DNA from: a virus
Taxonomy: Duplodnaviria > Caudoviricetes
Length of the DNA: 57,683 bases
Reading direction: 5' to 3' (one strand)
IMG/VR virus record: IMGVR_UViG_3300045283_000159
Span: 1-57,683 of that record
This document shows positions 54,898-57,683 of the stretch, one piece after another (the stretch's first letter is position 1; each line of letters starts with the position of its first letter). The notes under the pieces were generated by a model. That model did no database searches. It was not told the DNA's origin and saw only the letters and a program-made list of their open reading frames with translations. The position numbers and the translations under genes were made by a program.

Positions 54898-55358
54898 GAC
54901 GCTTCCCACAGGGACCGCTGGATTCCTCCGGGTCCGTCGGGGTCGCGCAGGTGCCGGAGGGTGACGCTGGACTCTGCCCAGCCCGGTCGCGGGGATAGCT
55001 CCGCGATGAGGCGCCAGCCAGCTGCGCGGAGCGATGCCCCCGACTCACCCTCCTGCGTGTAGGTGATCAGCCGCCGGTAGCCGAGCGCCTTCGCGGCCCG
55101 CCACGCGGCACCGTAGAGCATGGAATTTACATTGGGCGTGCCGTCGAGGGTGCAGGTGCGATTGACCTCTAGCGTGTACCCGTCGTCCAGGTGGCGCGCG
55201 ACCGGGCGGCCTACCGTGGCCACGCCGACGAGCGTGTCCACGATCGCCACGCCGAGGCAGAACTTCATCCCCTGCGGCGGCTTATGGTGCCGGTGGTGAG
55301 CGTCGATGAAGGCCCTTGCTTGCCGGAATGAGACCGGGACTATGACGAGCCTGCTCAC
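54894..55358 (-). CDS. XF1762-family / Mom-like GNAT-fold protein
   Basis: HHRHH.PP.G.KF; GRPVAR.LDDG.TLEVNR; SMLYGAAWRAAKALGY..LITY. Confidence 0.85.
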   Translation of the reverse strand: MSRLVIVPVSFRQARAFIDAHHRHHKPPQGMKFCLGVAIVDTLVGVATVGRPVARHLDDGYTLEVNRTCTLDGTPNVNSMLYGAAWRAAKALGYRRLITYTQEGESGASLRAAGWRLIAELSPRPGWAESSVTLRHLRDPDGPGGIQRSLWEAS

Positions 55359-55615
55359 TGGCCGCGCTCGCGGTTGCTGTCACGGTTGCGGTCATTCAAC
55401 CGACCGCAACCCGTCAGAAGGTCACCACGTCCCGTGTTCCCGCTGGTCAGGCTAGCGCGCTCGGAGGGACTCGAACCCCCAGCCTTCTGATCCGTAGTCG
55501 TAGGCGGCGGTGGACAGGCGTGGACTCCGGTGCGGTAAAACCAGGTCACGGGCACTCCAGTCCGCTGCTGGCCGCTGGTGTCCGCCGCGGCGGTTGCTGT
55601 CAGCGTTGCGGTCAC
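55355..55615 (-). CDS. ORF running through attP, coupled at both ends
   Basis: GTGA overlaps at 55612-55615 and 55355-55358; protein unremarkable. Confidence 0.35.
   Translation of the reverse strand: MTATLTATAAADTSGQQRTGVPVTWFYRTGVHACPPPPTTTDQKAGGSSPSERASLTSGNTGRGDLLTGCGRLNDRNRDSNRERGQ
55371..55614. promoter_or_regulatory. attP: attP with integrase arm-type sites
   Basis: GTTGC(T/G)GTCA tandem pairs at 55371-55394 and 55591-55614; inverted copy near 55402-55411; these flank the core. Confidence 0.85.
55455..55499 (-). other. attP core: 3' half of tRNA-Arg(ACG)
   Basis: GACTACGGATCAGAAGGCTGGGGGTTCGAGTCCCTCCGAGCGCGC: anticodon loop, T-arm GTTCGA, acceptor strand; no 5' half. Confidence 0.9.
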
Positions 55616-57150
55616 GCGACCACTCCGTCATCGCGGCCGAACATGACCGGCTGGATCGGCTTGGACAGGCGCTTGCGGATCAGGTCCGCCGACTTCGGGT
55701 CCTTCTCGATGATGACGCAGCGGAACCCCTCGACGATGCACGCCTCGGCGACCGGGCCGGAACCGCCGAACATGTCCAGCACCGTCCCGCCGGGCGGGGT
55801 GATGAGCCGGGCCGCCCAGGAGATGAACCCGAGGGGCTTGACCGTCTCATGCGCCGTGCCGTCCTCGAGGCGGGGCCGCTCCGAGGCGGGGGCCTTGGCC
55901 TGATAGCGGAAGGTCGGGTAGAACCGGGACGCGCCGCCGACATCCTTGTACATCGGCCCTTGACGTGTTCCGACTCCGCCAAACATGCCGGGCGGGAAGT
56001 CCTGCCTTGAGGAGACGCCCCCAGATCTGGAATCCCCGCTCTGGCGGTCTAGCTCGCCTGCCGGGCAGTCCGGGGCGCACGCGCCGTCACACGCGGCCGA
56101 GTGGGTGAGCACGATGTTCGCCGGCCAGCGGCCAGTCACCTCTGACTCCTGCCCTACGGAGGTCGTCACGTTCGGCCGGTAGCCAGCCTCAACGCGGGAG
56201 ACGCGCTGCAGGCTGGATGAGCCGCCAGCGTTGTTCGTCCGCACCTCGCTGCCGACCTTGCACCCGTCGATGTTCAGCGCTCCCGTGCCGTACTCCAGCA
56301 CATTGGCCGCCACGGTGCCCTTCAGGGGCTTGCGGGCGAGCCACCACATCTCCTGGCCGGGTTTCAGCGCCGTCCCCCAGCCTTCCCAGCGGGCCGCGTC
56401 CTCGGTGGCGGGGGCGGTGATGTCCGCGCATACCTCGCGGCGATCACCTACACGCAACTGAAGCGACGTGCCGCCACCTTGGATCGCGGTGCGCTCCTTG
56501 ATGACCTCCCGTTCGGCAGCGATGAACTGCGCCCGGTCACCCTCGATCAGAGCGTCATAGTCGTCGGCGATCCCGAGCGCGACCTTGATTGCGGGCCACA
56601 TCTCAACGCTTGGCAGCTGCTGATGCTCCCAGTTCCAGCACGCCCCGGACGGCGTACCGACGACGGCCAGCGAGACCTGCTGCGGGGTCATGCCCTTGGC
56701 TTCGCGGTGCAACCGGATCACCTCGGCGACAGCGGCGATGCGCCGTTTCGTGTCGATGTTCTCCTCGGCGCGCTTGTCGATGGCCTTGGACACGTCCAGC
56801 GACTTCGGGAACCCCGACCCGAACAGGTGCAGCACGCAATCCCTCAGATCAAACCCCGCGTCCTCGACAGCCCACGCCGTCCAGTGCGAGGTGCGCGGGA
56901 TCGACCACACCAGCGCGTGCCCGCCCGGCTTCAGCACCCGCCACGCCTCCGCCATCCGCTCGGCGAGCATGTCAACGAACCGGCTCCGGGCCCGGCAGAA
57001 GTCATCCCAGTCGCGGCCCATGAACGCGATCCCCGCCGGCGGGTCCGTGACGATCGCGTCGATGCTGTCCGCTGGCAGCGTCCGCAGCACGTCCAGGCAG
57101 TCCCCCAGGTACAGCGTAACGTCCTCGTCGGCGTAGTACGGCGCGCTCAC
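55612..57150 (-). CDS. Beta-class N4C/N6A DNA methyltransferase with inserted XRE HTH
   Basis: GDCLDVL; VTDPPA; RVLKPGG; HETVKP; VLDMFGGSG. Confidence 0.9.
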   Translation of the reverse strand: MSAPYYADEDVTLYLGDCLDVLRTLPADSIDAIVTDPPAGIAFMGRDWDDFCRARSRFVDMLAERMAEAWRVLKPGGHALVWSIPRTSHWTAWAVEDAGFDLRDCVLHLFGSGFPKSLDVSKAIDKRAEENIDTKRRIAAVAEVIRLHREAKGMTPQQVSLAVVGTPSGACWNWEHQQLPSVEMWPAIKVALGIADDYDALIEGDRAQFIAAEREVIKERTAIQGGGTSLQLRVGDRREVCADITAPATEDAARWEGWGTALKPGQEMWWLARKPLKGTVAANVLEYGTGALNIDGCKVGSEVRTNNAGGSSSLQRVSRVEAGYRPNVTTSVGQESEVTGRWPANIVLTHSAACDGACAPDCPAGELDRQSGDSRSGGVSSRQDFPPGMFGGVGTRQGPMYKDVGGASRFYPTFRYQAKAPASERPRLEDGTAHETVKPLGFISWAARLITPPGGTVLDMFGGSGPVAEACIVEGFRCVIIEKDPKSADLIRKRLSKPIQPVMFGRDDGVVA

Positions 57151-57683
57151 GGCGCGGTCTCCCAGTCCGCCGCGATAGCCAGCTGCGCCGCCGCCAGCGA
57201 CACCCGTCCCGCGCACACCTCGGCGTGCAGCCGGTTCTCCACGGCATCCTTGACGTTCGGCACCCGCCCCACTTCGGGCCAGAGATTACCGATGTCGTTC
57301 GACCCGCCCAGCTCCAACGGCACGAGGTGGTCGAGCTCGGACGGCGTGGCCGCCGGGATCCCGTACGCCGGGTAGGCCACGTCGTGCTTGGCGTGGTCTG
57401 TCGCGGACGCCGGGGGGCGGACGGCCGCGGTCCACCCGTGACGGCAGATCGTGCTCCCGATGCTGGCCTGGGTGATGCGCGGGTCAAGGCTGCCCGGCGT
57501 GCAGGCCGGGTCGGGGAGGCGGCCGTTGTCGCGGGCGTGGCACTGGCCGGGCCGGAGCGTGACCGTGTAGGTGACGCGGCCCTCGTCCGCGACGGCGGCC
57601 AGGGTGCCGGGGATGGCGGCGGAGACGCCCGGGACGGACACGGCGGGCGGCACGGGTGACGGCGGCGGGGGCATGGTCCCCGC
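57147..57683 (-). CDS. HNH-family protein, 5' end outside the window
   Basis: LPDPACTPG; ELDHLVPLELGGSN...NLWPE; KD.VEN.LH..VC. Confidence 0.8.
   Translation of the reverse strand, partial: AGTMPPPPSPVPPAVSVPGVSAAIPGTLAAVADEGRVTYTVTLRPGQCHARDNGRLPDPACTPGSLDPRITQASIGSTICRHGWTAAVRPPASATDHAKHDVAYPAYGIPAATPSELDHLVPLELGGSNDIGNLWPEVGRVPNVKDAVENRLHAEVCAGRVSLAAAQLAIAADWETAP

Larger units (their letters stand above)
1..57683. mobile_element. Temperate HK97-like actinobacterial siphovirus, partial genome, attP (excised) configuration
   Basis: Syntenic terminase-portal-protease-capsid-tail-tape measure-lysis-xis-int genes; attP with arm sites on both sides; phage-type genes at both window ends. Confidence 0.95.

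Noticed and set aside
55455-55530. Complete tRNA-Arg gene
   Set aside because: Only the anticodon loop to acceptor strand is present; upstream sequence forms no D-arm or 5' acceptor strand, so it is an attP core
1-57683. TnpB/TldR, Cas or reverse transcriptase gene (including DGR or retron)
   Set aside because: No RuvC-type TnpB, Cas or YxDD RT motifs recognised in any plausible ORF

Overview
This is a very GC-rich window covering most of a temperate, HK97-like actinobacterial siphovirus. It appears to be in the excised (attP) configuration; the host is probably a filamentous actinomycete (inference). Order: end of a leftward early operon; cro/repressor switch (2.0-3.1 kb); endonuclease VII; an AICE/pSAM2-type conjugation-like module (HTH-Nudix, TraB-type FtsK/SpoIIIE translocase, clt-like repeat tract, small membrane genes, DUF2637/SpdA-like; 4.6-9.9 kb); a 291-bp protein-less IS200/IS605 derivative that keeps a TnpB omegaRNA-like scaffold (11064-11354); a secreted lectin-like gene; putative late regulators and late promoter; a microprotein cluster; HNH, cos-like region, TerS and a split TerL; portal, protease and HK97 capsid; about 10 kb of accessory virion genes including a glycosyltransferase and a glycoside hydrolase; the tail module with a -1 frameshift; tape measure; minor tails; lysis genes; xis; tyrosine integrase; a Mom-like gene; attP (3' half of tRNA-Arg ACG with arm sites); and a DNA methyltransferase with an inserted HTH. 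The best candidate for an undescribed system is the TraB conjugation/spreading module inside a phage with a full set of virion genes (a phage-AICE hybrid). Other leads are the orphan omegaRNA element, two stand-alone capsid-fragment proteins, several large structured intergenic RNAs, and cassette insertions that duplicate gene starts. All calls come from reading motifs by eye; no database searches were run, and no replication genes are visible in the window.
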